Source: Tubiluchus corallicola
Lineage: Eukaryota; Animalia; Priapulida
Assembly: GCA_030141605.1 (NCBI GenBank)
Contig: JAQGDQ010000028.1
Coordinates: forward strand, 310,001-374,000
DNA length: 64,000 bases
Direction of reading: 5' to 3'
Position numbers and translations under genes: made by a program. Position 1 is the stretch's first letter. Every line of letters starts with the position of its first letter. This document shows positions 1 through 14,392 of this stretch, one piece after another. The notes beneath the pieces were generated by a model, which was not told the origin of the DNA, ran no database searches, and saw only the letters and a program-made list of their open reading frames with translations.

Positions 1-399
1 TGGCATGTGCTGTCGTTTTTGAAAATAATCTTAAGGCTATGCCAATTTGCAGCAAACAGTCATTAACGTCGTGTGTAAATACTAGGACGAATTCCACATC
101 AACTGATGGAGTCAGATTTCTTATCTGCCATCTTGAATTTGGCAGCGATAACATCATTTTCCATAAATGTCACCAGATGCTCTGCCAATTTGCAACGGAT
201 TGTCGCGAGACTTTTGTACATAATTAGCATATTAGAAGAAATTCAAGTGCGATCATTAATTCAAGATGGCAGACATTGACATCATTTTCTAGTCTACTAT
301 CTTCAAATTAGTTGGTCCCTTGACAAATAGTTCGAATTGAGCTTGTTTTGCATTGTAATATTAAACCCCAACTTCCTCAAGGTCTTTACTTAAAAATAG

Positions 400-1750
400 T
401 GAAGCTTTTGTTTTCTTCTTTAGATAGTTTCAAGTTTTAGTATTTGAAAATGCTTGTCATATCGTTTCTGTTTTTGAGCCACTAGTGCTCCTGCGGTCCA
501 AACATTTGCCAATTTACATATTTTAATTTGCCTCTGAAAATCTCTACTGTAATAGTTTAATTGATATCCTGATCTTTGTTTGTAGATATTAAATAGATAA
601 ATTAGTAGACTAAAATGGCATTCCAAGAGGTTGTATTTACTACATTACATGGCTAAGGTTAACTGGGTGAGTACTGAATAACCCTTCAAAGTCTCATATT
701 CTTTTGTGGATAGAGGCCTAGAGTTTTTAATTGGTTAAAATGGCCTTGCTCTGTAGCTTGTTTTATCCCTTGACTTTTTGCAAAGGAAATGAGTGTTTTC
801 TTAGATCACACACAAGGGCATTTTTAACCAGCTAGAAGATCCCATCTCAGTATGACAGTGTCTGTGTTTAAAATTTAAAAAAATGACAGGAGGGATTCTT
901 TTCCTTCTCGGCCAGGATGTAGTGGTTTTCAATAAAATTTCCCAAGTGTCTTTTTTGTAGTTAATCTGTAGTTGCATGATCACTGTTGTTCGTAAGTTAG
1001 ACCTTTAGAATGATTGATTTGCCTTGTTGCGTGCCCTGTAAAAGATATTTTCTTTCGGTATGTAATTTCTAAGCTTGAACGCGATATTTGTCATGAGATC
1101 AGACGATGTTCGCATCCTTATTGAGTTTAATAAATTGTAACTGGTTTTTCAGTTTACTACAAAATCTTATTAGTAGTTTAAGACTCATTTGTAATTAAAT
1201 CCTTTTTGCTTCACCGGACCACTGATCAAATATTCATGGTGAAGTCCAGGTGAATCCAGCACCAGGAGTATCATGCTTGCAATAAGGTACTTATTGTATA
1301 TAGGCAATATATATATAATGTTCAGTTGCAATCCAAGCTCCATTAACAGTGGACATATCTTCCAGTACCAACTTCAGATTAACACCACCAAGTTGGACAC
1401 ATCTTTAGCAAATTTAAAGGTATGCCTTCTCCAGCTTACGTATGAGCCATTAATGAATGCTATGAATAGAACTGGACCAAGTACTGATACGCATGGTCTG
1501 CTACTGAGAACTGCTTATAGATGGGCATCTAGAACCACTTGCAGTTGTCTATCTATCTCAGCTTGTGAACTGTGCAACGCTTAATTATCCCAGTAAGGCT
1601 GTTTGCCTCAAGTTTGTCAAACAACCCTTTGTGCGAATTTTTTTTAGAGGAGTTCAAGTAAGATTATTGATCAACAAATTGCCCTAATCTAGTTTTGCTG
1701 TGAAGTCATCTAAAAAGGTCAGCAAGTTTAGTTTATCCACATTTTCTCAG
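400..1750 (-). mobile_element. Heavily decayed non-LTR retrotransposon (CR1/L2-like) reverse transcriptase fragment
   Basis: Minus-strand translation gives RT-like motifs in the right order: HKGLFDKLEANSLTG (~1590-1633), PCVSVLGPVLF (PQGSVLGP-like, ~1465-1498), KFAKD (FADD-like, ~1400-1415), SWNAI (~612-630). Many stops and frameshifts; boundaries approximate. Confidence 0.65.
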
Positions 1751-4700
1751 CTTTATTACTTTGTATTTAAGTTTTTTAGGGATATTAATAAACTTCAGAA
1801 ATTTTGCTATAAGCCCACAAGTATCTTAACTGACATTTTTTTCTGCAGATTTTCCTGTGAAGTTTTTCCAGTCTAACTGGAAAAGGAGCATATCGATCGC
1901 TGCATCAAAATAAGCCTTATTCCAATGAAAGGACATTGGCTAAAAACCAATATATACTTCTACAGTAGACTGTGTCAAGAAAACATGACCACAGCTGTAA
2001 TATACTAGATATCTATTATCTATTAAATCTTTATTTGACGAGGGTTAAACACAATAAACATATATTGGAAGTTTCACTTCTTAGCGCTTCTTTTTACTCT
2101 ACCTCATATCCGGTTACGAGACACATTCAATAGAATAGTTATCTTAAATAGTTAATACATTGTAACTACCACGCAGACCACCATTGTTTTTTTGATGTTA
2201 CCAACAGTGGTTACCATTTGTTGGAGACCTAGGATCTCAACATATTGTCTGCAGAAGTTAAGATGCTGATAAAAAATTGTTCTGAATCTCCTGAGAGGAT
2301 CAGAACTTTCATGTCTGAGTTATTATAGGCTTTACGACTCATTCTCCAGAGATGTTATCATTCACTGATATTCAGTAAGAAATTCTCTAAAATATCGTTT
2401 AATGTATCATTATTATTACCGTAGCTTGGCAATGGTACCTCAGGTTAGCCATGCCTAATTTCACGGTTCACCTCAGATCTAAAACTTGGCTTCAAATTAA
2501 CATATTTGCTTCAAACTGCTTGCGACTACTGCTTAGACAAAGGATGTTTTCACTCTCTTACTTTCAGTTGTCTTCCTATGATTATGCTACCTCATTATAA
2601 GGTTATCTTGAGATGCTATTGGAAATCATCAGAGCATGTCGTAGTTATCCATGTTACTCAGCGTTACTAATTCACGAAATTTGTGATTCAAACTTCGTGT
2701 TGGTATGCAAATATCCGATTTTTTTTTACTTTGCAGATCTACACTGACTGAAAAACTTCTGAAAATCAAAATACACTTTCAAAGTCGAAAATCGAAATAC
2801 AATAATTTAGCATCCTGAAATTTTTTTTAATGCTGATCCTTAATTTTAGTCTTTCCTTTGACGAGTATAACAACAGAAGAGTTGAAGTGTACTGTTTACC
2901 AATGTCTTATCACTCTACTTAGTGGTTCTTCTTAGTTAGATCCGGACTGACGAAGACATCTGTATGATCAAGCAACCATTATCTTACTATCTCATGGCAC
3001 TTTTGAAGATGGTTCTTCAAATCGTTACCCACTTTTTTGTACCCTTATACGCAATTGCCAATCATTGTCTCGTAGAGTAAGTGCTGCCTGCGAGAATTTT
3101 TTCGTCTTTCAGTATTTAAGAATTCATCTGCAATTTTTCTGAGACATTTAGCATTTCTTTGCATTTAGCATTTGCTACACTTTCCAAATTAATTTCGAAT
3201 TAGCCTGATTATTATCAAATTGACGTCTTATTAATTGCATCTTTGTTTCAAAAGATACATTTTTGGAGTTGAACTAAACTGTTTTTCTCATAGTAATTCG
3301 TATACAGTTTAGAAGTTACGAAATGCATTTTGCATTTCCACAATCAGACTGTTTTTTGTCCCACCATTACCTTAAAATAGCGAATCAAAGAATTTCAAAA
3401 TTGCAAATGTCTGGCTCTTTCGTTATTAGGTAAGCCTATTTAATATTCACAGGCATTTTAACGGCAGCGACTATAAATTTGCATGAAGTCGAAATTAATG
3501 GAGCATTTTATACTCATAAACAGCTAGGCTCTGCGCAGTTATAATTGTGTTTTATGGAGCAAACGTCGTAGATTTTGTTTATCTCATTCATTTTAGCTTC
3601 AATTTATGAGCGGTTTGTTACTTTCTCTCTAGAGAGTTTCTGGCTTCATCATTCTGGGGGCGTATCTGTTCATGCAGCTGGTTACATCCGCCATCCAAAT
3701 AATGAAGCTAAAAATGTTGATTCATTGCATCAAGCGGCTGCAGTCCTGTCCTCTTACTAGAGGGAAAGTAAATAAGATTAGAGCAAGTTGCACACAGCAA
3801 ATGTTGTACCAAGTGCTGCTGCAACCTAGCAACTAGGTCAAGTGGATCAGAATGACATGATAATGATGGTTAATGGTGATGCTGATAGTGGCAGCAATTT
3901 TTTACAACTATTTGACAGTAAGTTGGCAAGTTATGCCTGGACAATTTACAAATATACGGCTTTTGATCATGTGTATGTTGAATTGGCTGAAATGCCCTGC
4001 AAACACTCTAGACTGCAAACAATTCCAGAAGCCATATGTTGCAACGTGTTTACGTGGAACCATGGTCCATCCAATTCATAGACCATTTTTCCATAATTCT
4101 GTGGCGACTTTTATGGACGAACTTTGCATTCCTCGTTAGTGTAGAGGTTGTGAGAAATGGGGTTGCAGGTGCCAACTGCCCAAGATAATAGGTGCTGAGT
4201 TGGGTTGAGAGTGTGAAGACACTGAGAATGGTTGTCCACATAATGGTTTTGGTTTTTAACCTTGCAGAGTAACAATGTGCTCTTTTGGAATTCTTAATGG
4301 TTTTCAATATTATTAATGATACGCATCATTCAGTTTTACTAATTAGTTTACTCCAGCCAAAGAGAATGATTGAAATAAGTCATAATAAAATATCCACTAG
4401 TGCTATCGTCAGCAGCCACTAGTTTGCCCTGTTACAGGTTTCAGCGCATCACCGCCAATTCTGGATTTAGCCGTGTGCCGATATGGAAATACATAAAAAA
4501 CTTTTAGAGCTCGTAACACGCATGTTGCTGTCACAGACTTTTGCACTGTCTAAGTCTTCAATTATGGCTATGTACCGTTCTGTATTAGCATTGACTTCCT
4601 TTTTGGTCCATACATCAAAAACAGTTTTTTCTTTGAGGTCATACTTGTTGTTTTCGTAGCTCTGTACCTTTGCCATCACACATATGTAAAAGATAATTTG

Positions 4701-5109
4701 CATACAAATGCTGCCCCTAGTGCTTAACATGAACGTCTAGTGTCCAGACTCCAGATCAAGGCAACTATGTAGTGACATGAAAAAATGCTATTATGAAAAC
4801 AGGCCTAAGAGACTAAATTAATCTGACCATAGACTGTCAGCTGACTGTTTTACATTTAACTGCTTAGCTTATAATTAAAAATAACATATTTGCACATACC
4901 AGATCAAGCAAAAATAAATATGCAAAAAAAACCTAGCTTGTGAGACCAGTTAGACATCAACATATAACATACTGGCTGATTTCCAGGCCTGCTATAGGAA
5001 CACTTTATTCATATGTAAATTAGTTTTATTTTGTCAAGTTTTTGATTAAAGTGCAAAAATGTTATAGTGGCCATTTTAGTAAACGAATAAATGCATAAAT
5101 ATGATCAGT

Positions 5110-5710
5110 ATAGTCGTAACCATAAAAGAAGTCAAAATGCCCATTAAGTATCAGAAAATTCGTTAGTTTTCTCAGATTTTCGTCCCTCAAGACGACAAAG
5201 ACAAGTTTATTGTCGTTCATTTAACAGACAACATTAGCAGTATTTAGCAACACACAACGACTATTTAGCGACTTACGCTTACAACAATACAGGTAAGGAT
5301 GCAACACACAAATAATGAATAACATGTAGGGCGTATACTTTGGTGTTGGCAGCTGCTAGTCTCGAACTCAACCCAGGACTAGAGTGGCGAAGTGGTTTAG
5401 ATCTCAGACTGCACCCAACCCAGGACATCCTTCACAGACTTCATCAGCTGCACAGAGAGATACAATAATAAAAATTACAGGTAAAACTACATGTAAAATG
5501 AAGTCGCACAGTGTCAGTAAAATAAATAAAGGATACAAAATTCACAAAGAAACCATATTAAAAACTGATATAAAAGAAACAGTACAATTACTAATTAAGA
5601 AAACGTGTAGCTGATAAAGTATGTGAGGGACGAAAGCTTTTGAGAAAAATGAAGAATTTTCTGAGAATTTTCTTAATGGGCATTTTGACTTCTTTTACAG
5701 TTATGACTAT
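5110..5710. mobile_element. Foldback/MITE-like element with ~80-bp imperfect terminal inverted repeats around an unrelated insert
   Basis: Left arm 5110-5189 (atagtcgtaaccataaaagaagtcaaaatgcccattaag...ttcgtccctca) is the near reverse complement of 5624-5710 (tgagggacgaa...cttaatgggcattttgacttcttttacagttatgactat). Confidence 0.7.
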
Positions 5711-6449
5711 TTTATTTTAAACAATCTCGCAAGACCTCCCTTGAAAATCCGTTGTTTATTCTATCTGCGCGGAACCGTATTTACGATTTTATGGTCGTTT
5801 TTCATCGCAGAGTGATAAATTAAACCGATTTTCTAAAGTAACGTGAATTCGTAGGACAGCGTTTATGTTTTTACTGTAAATTGTTGATTTTATACCAAAC
5901 GTTTGTCTGGTTTATTGCTTTACTCCAAACATGATGGAAATGTGATTTGATGATCCAATGATGGATAACATAAATTGTAAATACATGTAGAAATCTTCCT
6001 TGTTGAATAGGGTCTGTAGTTTCACTTAACCAATAGAGAAAAGCGCAGAGCATAAACACGACGAAGCTTTACCTGTTCGCGATGGTCAATTAACCTCACT
6101 GATAGGAAACGAAGCCATAAAAATGTTCCAATCTTTGTCAGTGCTGTCTATTAGGGGCTTTCTAGCCTTTTATCTCTGTTGCTGCCATTTGTGGTGAAGA
6201 AATTTAAATTTTGAGGTGTCCTTTGGTATCAGAAAATGCAGAAGGCTAATACGACTAAAAGGTGTTGAAATTCATAAAAATGTGGATAAATTACGGTTTA
6301 TGAAACATATCTTGATTCTTTGCATTGAAATGTAAAATTATTATTTAATCAAATTGGAAACACAAGGAGTATTATAACTAAACTATTAATGTAATATGCA
6401 ATAATAGTTTATAATTTGAAAATGAGACAAAAACTGATTTCCTTTCCTT

Positions 6450-7080
6450 ACCTTCTGTTCATTTGTAATATTTATGACTTAACTGCATTACATTTGCTAG
6501 CTTTTCTTCATTGTTACATTCATGATTTAACTGCATTTTGTCCATTTGCTACATTTAAATTATTACTTGCTTTTTGTTTTATCACCACATTCATATATTT
6601 ACTGCAGTATCTGCTTGTTTTTCATTTATTTGCTGTATTTACGCTTTAGCAGCATTACTTGTTTGTTTGAATTTTGCTCATTCGCTATATTCATGATTTG
6701 TTTTTTTGATTTGTTACATTTAAATTTAATTGCAGTTTTTGCTTTATTTTTATGTATTACCTACATTTACAAAGTTAACTGCATTACTTGCTTTTTGTGT
6801 TTATTTGTTACATTATAATTTAACTGCATTGCTGATTACATTTGCCCATTTACTGCACTTAAGATTTGCTGCACAATTTTTTCCTTCTGTTCATTTGCTG
6901 CATTTATGATTTAATTGCATTACGTGCTTGCTTTTTTTTGTTGTACCATTCAAGACTTAACTGTATCTGTTTCATTTGTTGCTTTTATAATTTTACTGTA
7001 TTATTTGCTTGCTTTTTTCGTTGTTGTAATCATGATTTACCTGCATTGCATTTTGTTCACCTGCTACGTTTAAGACCTGG
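6450..7080. repeat. Degenerate T-rich minisatellite, ~40-46 bp unit
   Basis: Recurring ttaactgcatt-like cores near 6478, 6524, 6600, 6726, 6775, 6819, 6909, 6957 and 7035; accounts for the Phe/Leu/Cys-rich pseudo-ORFs here. Confidence 0.6.
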
Positions 7081-7300
7081 CTACATATTTTCCGCCTAAG
7101 CATGTATTCTGCAGTCCTTCTGTAAGGTACACTCTTCCTAAGTTATATAGGGGTCGCTGACTCGATGACCTCCTGGGCTTTCGCCACCCCACACTTTACA
7201 TAATTTATTGTAATTCTCTTATGAATATATTACTGGAGACAAGTACACTTTTAATTGTAATGAATTGAATTGAAAATCGATGGGGAAAACGAATTTTTAA

Positions 7301-7439
7301 AATAAAAATGACAGCCAGCACCCACTTGAGAAAATACATGACTTTAATTTTAAGAGTATTTTAAAAGAATTTTTTAAAATTTTAATTTAATTTTTAAAAC
7401 CAATGTCTTTTTTAAGTCATACTGGCTGTCATTTTTATT
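7301..7439. repeat. Short inverted repeat / hairpin (MITE-like)
   Basis: aataaaaatgacagccag (7301-7318) pairs with ctggctgtcatttttatt (7422-7439); the inner atgactt/aagtcat also pair. Confidence 0.65.
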
Positions 7440-10400
7440 CTGAGATAAAAACTGTGAAGAAAAAATTTAATTTGCTTGAATATGTGTAAGAAGCAAAAAA
7501 AATCATTATCATTGTTAAATGCTTATTAAATGTTGCCCTAAACGCTGTTAATGCATTCAAATTGAGCTAAAATATATTCGTGCTTTCCTTTATCTAGAAA
7601 GTTTTGATTATGTAATACTTAGTAGCTAGGTAGTAATGGTCAGATTATAAACCGTGGCTAATAATTGTTATAATGTTAAAACAAAGCAGGCGTATTATTG
7701 GACACTGGTTTTAATTTACTGTTCATCATTGCATAAAATTTAATGAAGATGTTTGCTTTGCGATTGAGTTAAGCAATCTCGAATTTGGTAGCTAAATGGA
7801 TGAGCGATTGCCAGAAAAAAATTCTGAGTAGTTTCACCCTGGGTCATACTGTTTGAAGGAGGTCATATTGACGAAACTGGCGAGGATACCTTTGCCGATT
7901 CAGTGTCGCATCTCACCTCTGCGTTTTTATCTTAATAATCATAGAGGATTATTCTTGATGAAAACGGGTTAAAATCCGATTCTGCTACATTCATTAGCAT
8001 AATTAATCCCTGGCATTGGTGGACGTTGCTGATTAGCGGCTGCAGGTTGATTACCTCACTTTTCAAAAATCAGTCTTCCTGCCCACTGAATAAATAAAAT
8101 ATTGCTCCGTGGCTCTGTTTCAAGGTTACACCGAACTTAGCCATTTCATTTCCTCGATGAACTTTTCTTGCCTGCAGGACAGTGAAATATGTTGATGGCA
8201 TTTCGTAAATAAAGTTAGTCAAGCTTAGCCGTATGCAAATTCCTTGTAAGTACTCAACTGTGACATTTAAGATTCAGGGGAAGCAGAACGTTTGTTGCCA
8301 GAGAACTGATACCGTCTCTTAGTTCAGTTAAGAAGCACTAGTATGATTTATTTGTCGGTCTAATAGTCATCATTTGGTAACGTAAATTATTACTTTTTGC
8401 TTTATGTAATTCGGTAAAACTAGAAGCTTTCATCGACAGGACTTATTCGATGCCGGTGGTTGTGGTGAGACCGAAACCTAGCTCATTATGCTCATAACGT
8501 GAAATGCCGAACTGACAAAAGTGAACCAATCACGTTGAATGTGAATACGTTGTCCCTCAATGAGGTAATCAACCCAAATCAGTATGGTGAGGAAAATTGT
8601 TCAGAACAAGTTTTGAATCAGGCGGTCATCTGTCCATTTGCTCACAAACCTAAGTGCTGCTAAATTTTAGTCATTATACACACACTGTGACCACTTGATC
8701 ATCATCGTCTCCCCTGCATGGTATTATTTAATTTGCTTGTTTATTTATTTATTCATAAAATCCAGCCAATTCTTTCGTTTAGTCATCTATTTGTTGATTT
8801 ATTTATTCATTCATTAATTTATTTATAAAATGCGTGACAAGCTCTTTGGCCGCTTCATATGATACGTCAAAGAACAATGTGCCTCTCTCTCTAGCGTTGT
8901 CTGGTGCTATCGTGCATGTGCATTTTTGCACGCTAACCTGCATGGACTATAATTATCTAGCGAATTCTTCATTATGTTTTCTATCACCGCCTGGAATCTT
9001 GCATTACCCTTTCCAATTAACATAGCAGATTCCCGTGTCAGTCAATTAACGAGTGACAAAGATGTATCTTCTAGCTTGGCTTCTCCTAGCTTAGCTGCTC
9101 TACAACATCATTAAACTGGCTGGATTCGCGACGTTATCCGGAGATTGATTTTAATTAACGTCCGAGTTTACGATCATTAAAGCGACGGAAGCGTTAAACC
9201 GCATGGTTGGTGTTTGCATTATTAATTTATCAACTGTGTGCTTGTGGAGAAGGTTAATGTATTATTTCTTCAAGGGTGTAGATCCTGAGACATCGATCTT
9301 GACAATATTAAAAATTTAAATTACGAAGCAGAAATTAGATGTCAAGGAACGAACCTGCAATGATTGAAATTTTGAGGTCAACGTTGATTGAAAAAAGGAA
9401 ACGTAAGAAAGTGAGGAATATGCTTGAATTTTGAATTAGTGTCATTTAGATTTTCCAGGCAATGGCATGACTACTAGACAACGTAGCTCCTTGTTATCAT
9501 AGCCGATCGCTTTTCAATCGTAACAGTTCACCAAACTGCCCACCATCTCTATGTGTTAGTGTACTCAAGCTAAATAGTTACTATCTAAGTAGCCAGTTTT
9601 TTGTTGGTTCGATTGTGAGAAATGAGTTAATTGTTTATGATTTCAGGAAACTGTTGCATTGTAATAACTTCGGTATGAAAACACAAATGTATGTATTGAA
9701 TTTTTAAACCAAGCTTGGTTGGATGGAGTGTAAAAAACTCGATCCTGAGTATGGTGACACTAGACCACACAACCTCTTAGTGATCATGGCCTTGATTGGA
9801 CTTGTATCCAAAGATCTTTGATTCAAATCCAGAGTTAGCCCCAACTTTTTATATCTTTCCTTTTTTGAATTTTGATTTAAAAATCAATAATTGTGGTTTG
9901 CAGTCCCACAGTAGAGAGGAGGAAATGACAAATAAAATGACTGAGGTTGAAACGAGAGAAAAGAAAACGGAAGGCTAAGTCTCGATGTGACAGAGATTGT
10001 TGTAGGGACTGGGAGAAGAAAGAGAAGCTAAGTAAGAAAGAGGAAAGGAGTGACAGAGAGAGGGGGAGAAAGAGAGACCGAGAGTATCCGAATTTTGAAT
10101 TTTCAGTAATTTACTTCTTGTAGCTCAAGAAGCCAAGTGCCCCTCTAGTGATCGTAATAGAATTTTCCAAATGTCTCTTCAATTTTCTTGCTGACAAACT
10201 TAATTTTGCAACAGAAGTTGGAAAGACGGTCACTCAGGTTTCTGCTGTTGTTGGGCAAGCAGGCCTAACAGCAGCAACAAAATGCAGTACTTTTCATCCA
10301 GTTAAGTATCTATGACCAGTCCACAGGTTACAGTGCCATAAATAGCGTAATAAATGTGCTTAAATGAAAATCTAAACAAATCGACTAGAAATCAAAAATC

Positions 10401-12984
10401 TGCCCTATGAATAATATCATATTTAACAATAACGTTGGTACAAATCCACGTTTTATAAAACCATATGAGTTACATATTAGTACGCTATGATCAGATTACT
10501 AAATATGCACATTACGTTTTGTCCATCTCCAAACACCAAAGGGGCTATGCAGTCCACATTTAATCCACATTCACAATTCACGTGTTTGTAAAGGGTTACC
10601 CAGTTCATTACAAACTTTGTGTTATACAGTGTAATATTATTCATGTTATATTGCAGTATAATATTATATTGCCACTGTTATCAAATCCAAATGACTGTCC
10701 AAAAACTTTAATTAAGTTTCAAATGCCGTTAAATGCCTTGCAAAACTCCACGCTAAACTGATGTCAAATTTAGTGATTCTGTGCTGGCATACTAGATCCA
10801 CATTAGTCAAAATTTGTCCTCTATGAAAAGCTGCTTTTAATTCATAATCAAACACTGAATTAATGCGTATTAATTTTTCATTAAAACCTTTATACAGTGT
10901 AAATAGCTAACTAAATCTCTCTAAATCCATATCCAAATGTGCCAGAAATCTGTTATTTAATAAATTAAATAATGCACCTTATATTATATTGCAAACGTAA
11001 GCGCCATTAACACAATGCGCTTGCCATTGTCGTTTGATACATCGTTATTATGTATGTACATATATATCAGCAAATTATTGTTTTATGCGTAGTACATTAA
11101 TCGACAGTTCTTCAAGGTTGAAAACAGTTAACCTGAAATGAAATTTTAATGTCATTCGTTCGTTTAGCTGTTTTACAATCAAAGCGAGCAAACAGCGTGT
11201 TTGGTTAGATTGAAATATGAAACGGAACAGAGATGAAAATGAAAGAGAATTTATAAGAGAAGTCCCAGCCAATGCTTCTACATTCAGGTGTTTTCTTGTC
11301 AGACTACTGAAGTGAATACGCATGTGCAAGGAGGGTTTTTGGATAAAATACATGTGTGCACGGCTTCATAACCCATGACAGTTATTTGGACACTTTACAC
11401 GCTTGAGTATATGAAGATTTTTGTTATTTGATATTCTGTCATACAACTTCTTAAGTTAATGATGATGATCAATTAATTTTCTATTTTAAAATTCTTATAG
11501 TTGGAAGAGCAATTTCTCTACAGTACTGCAGTAGTTTGGTAAGTTCTTTTGAGGACTTTCTGTTTACCATCTGCGTATGGCAACGGAGCTGCTCCAACTC
11601 TGCACCCCTATTGTTAAGCATTTCCAATGCATTAGATTAGACCCTTCAGTGATGTACCAAATACCTAAAACAATATGTAGTTTTATCGCACTCTATTTAA
11701 CTTAATATATCTAAGAACGTCACGTTGCGCAAGTAACGCCCCACCCCTCTTATCCCGCCGTTCTGCGAAAATGCGCAGTGTCACTAACGCTCTCCGTTTC
11801 ACTTTTGATCTACTGCAGATTACGTATATGAGCCTGGCAAATTAGACTTAGTTCTGGCGTGCCTTGCTTATTAGTCTTGCTGCATAGCGCAAATCCCAGT
11901 CGCTGGTGACTGTATTGATCAGACGTTAGGTGTGAACTTATAGAAGCCATGGAAGCCAAGCAGTGTTTGCTCATTTATGACTTCGGCAGCTGAACTCCCA
12001 CATATGATGTGGTAAGTAGTTTTTTGTGTCATAAATGCTGGATGGTGATGTTTATATGACTCTTTCTGGTTCAGGTACATTTCCAACTTAGTGGATTTCC
12101 AAAACGATTTCTCGTGTTGTCTCGCGGGTAATAAACAGTAAATGGTTTCTTTTTCAACCGTAATGCAGCTTCCTCTACAATGATATTTTTATTTCTGCTA
12201 TTTTGTATTCAGAAAAGTTTGTTCATTGAGTTGCATAGATACGCAGGTAGGGCTGCAGACTGTTGACAAACCTTTTCACAGACTCCTCTTGTATACTGCT
12301 TATTTTATCTAAAACCAATTCGGCACGTATAGCTAGGGATTTGGAACACTTGGGAATTTCCCACATCAAAACATAATTTTTCTGCTTCATTTGTTCAATA
12401 GCGCATTGCGAGCTGAAGCCCAGCATTCAACGACAGGCCTTATTCAATATTGATGTCTATTAGTTTGTTAGCCAGACTGGAATGTCAAAAATCCTCTAAG
12501 ATGAGTTAGTGAACCTATTACAGATGTCTTAGTTATGTACAGATGATATACATATACATAATCTTACAGAATCTATGTGGCAAACGAAATTGCTTTGAGC
12601 AAGTATTGAACCTAGGCGGTCATGAGCAATTCACTAACCAGCCTCACCATGGCTTAATTTTGTTCAAGAAACATGCTCGTGAGATCACTCGGCTGTATAG
12701 CCTGTCTGAAATCAAGGCTGAGATTGTGGACGTTGATATCTTATTCATATACAGTGTAATACCAGTACTTGTAACTGATATTATGAATGTCGAAGGATCT
12801 TCAGCAGAGGCAGAGCAGGCAAAGATAGTGCATGTTGCTGTATTTGATTATTTGGCAGCTTGCCAATGTACGATTTATGATTTCGAAATATTTGATGAAT
12901 TGTAATAACTTCGATAAGGCTGGGAAGCGTAGATTCACAATATTGCCTAAGTAATCAAAAAGGCTAATTTTCATTTCCGTGCCT

Positions 12985-14392
12985 TGAAGTACACGAAACC
13001 CGCATGGAAAAATGTTATTTCTTTAATAACTCAGCAAAAATTAATAAAAAGAAACTTAAAAAACAATATCTAGCCACCATGTTGTCATAGACCAAAATTA
13101 TTCTTAATCTATTTTATTTTTTATTCATTGTTAAATGGTAAATTAATTAAACCACATCGATAAACGCCACAAACAAAACAAAATAAAAGTATAAACAAAA
13201 GTAAAATGCAAGGTGTAAGTGATCAGTTGTAAGGATTTTGACATATTTCCGTCTTCTGTTACTGGCAGAACATAGAGCATTTTACCAGGGCTCTTTGATA
13301 AGGTAACATTAAATACACAGTGCGTTTCACAGCAATGTTACGCCGTATATCAATGTTCCTTCGGGATTTTCAATAATATTAAGGTGCCCGAAATGGATGG
13401 TAGTGCCTCTCCGTGTCAACACCTCATCAGAATTTAAATTCAACCAGAAAGTCAAGAACACTGCTTACATGCGTTATAATGCAGACACAACTATGCACAT
13501 CCTAGATAAAAGCAACTCAACCTTGACAGCGGATACCCTGATCCAGTAAAAAATGGTTTTACATTTGAGAACGAGCAACTTTTATCATCAACGTTGTGAA
13601 AAGTCCTGATACGTCAGTGGTTCCCAAACTAGGGGTAAATTACCCCCCGGGGGTAATATGGTTTTTTTGAGGGGTAACGGGCACCCCTCTGAAAATTTTT
13701 AAAACTTCGCTCGGAATGCATTTTACGTAGTTTTCTTCTTGAAGAGACTGCCTCCGGTAATACTTGTTTTGGCAACAATACAACAACAACACCTGGAAAT
13801 TTATTTATGTCACGAGCAAACATAAATAATTTTGCTTGCTTGTGGCTTATACGTGTGTTTACTTTTTGAGTTGGAGAAGTAGTACTAGGTGGGGGGGGGG
13901 GTAATGGACAAGACCGGGTTTCCCGATTTGGGTAACGGTCCGAGAAAGTTTGGGAACCACTGTGATACGTCATTGACTCAAATATGGCAAACGCGCTTGT
14001 TTATCAGGCCCTTGTTGAGCTAGCCTGGTAAAATGTTCTGTGTTCTGCAAGTGCCAGAAAATAGTCTGAAGTACTAAAGAAGATAATCTAAAGCAATGAA
14101 GCTGTAAAAATCTCTACAATTGACGAGTACTGGGTCTTGCCAAATACTTTTTTGTTTACAGGGTTATTAGTGCACTTTTTGTTAACCGTCTGTTTTTATA
14201 TTGAAACAAATAACTAAATGAATTTCTTCAACAATGGTTTCTACACAGCATAATTAACGTGTTATAATAAAATTTCTTGCTTAATAAAATTAAATAGATT
14301 AAACTTTATCCTGGTCTATGAAAACTTTGTCAGTTTTTGATGTACGTTTGGGTAGTTATTGAGGAAATGAGATTTTTTTCGTGTGCTTTCAG
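12985..14392. mobile_element. Old non-autonomous DNA element with long imperfect inverted arms (host of the nested hAT MITE)
   Basis: Several reverse-complement blocks in nested order: tgaagtacacgaaa (~12986) / tttcgtgtgctttca (~14377); catagacc..ttaatctatt (~13086) / aatagattaa..ggtctatg (~14293); gcagaacatagagcattttaccagg (~13265) / cctggtaaaatgttctgtgttctgc (~14025). Confidence 0.6.
13615..13962. mobile_element. hAT-superfamily (Charlie-like) MITE, 348 bp
   Basis: Perfect 16-bp TIRs CAGTGGTTCCCAAACT (13615-13630) / AGTTTGGGAACCACTG (13947-13962) and perfect 8-bp TSD TGATACGT (13607-13614, 13963-13970). CAG..CTG ends with an 8-bp TSD are typical of hAT elements. Confidence 0.93.

Noticed and set aside
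9770-9845. tRNA gene (gattcaaatcc B-box-like); similar case at ~17870-17915
   Set aside because: No cloverleaf can be formed; at most decayed tRNA-derived SINE heads.
10380-10960. Possible minus-strand LINE remnant; similar case at ~14900-15450
   Set aside because: Only faint motif resemblance; not enough to annotate without a profile search.
12543-12905. 120-aa ORF
   Set aside because: No recognisable motif or convincing splice sites.
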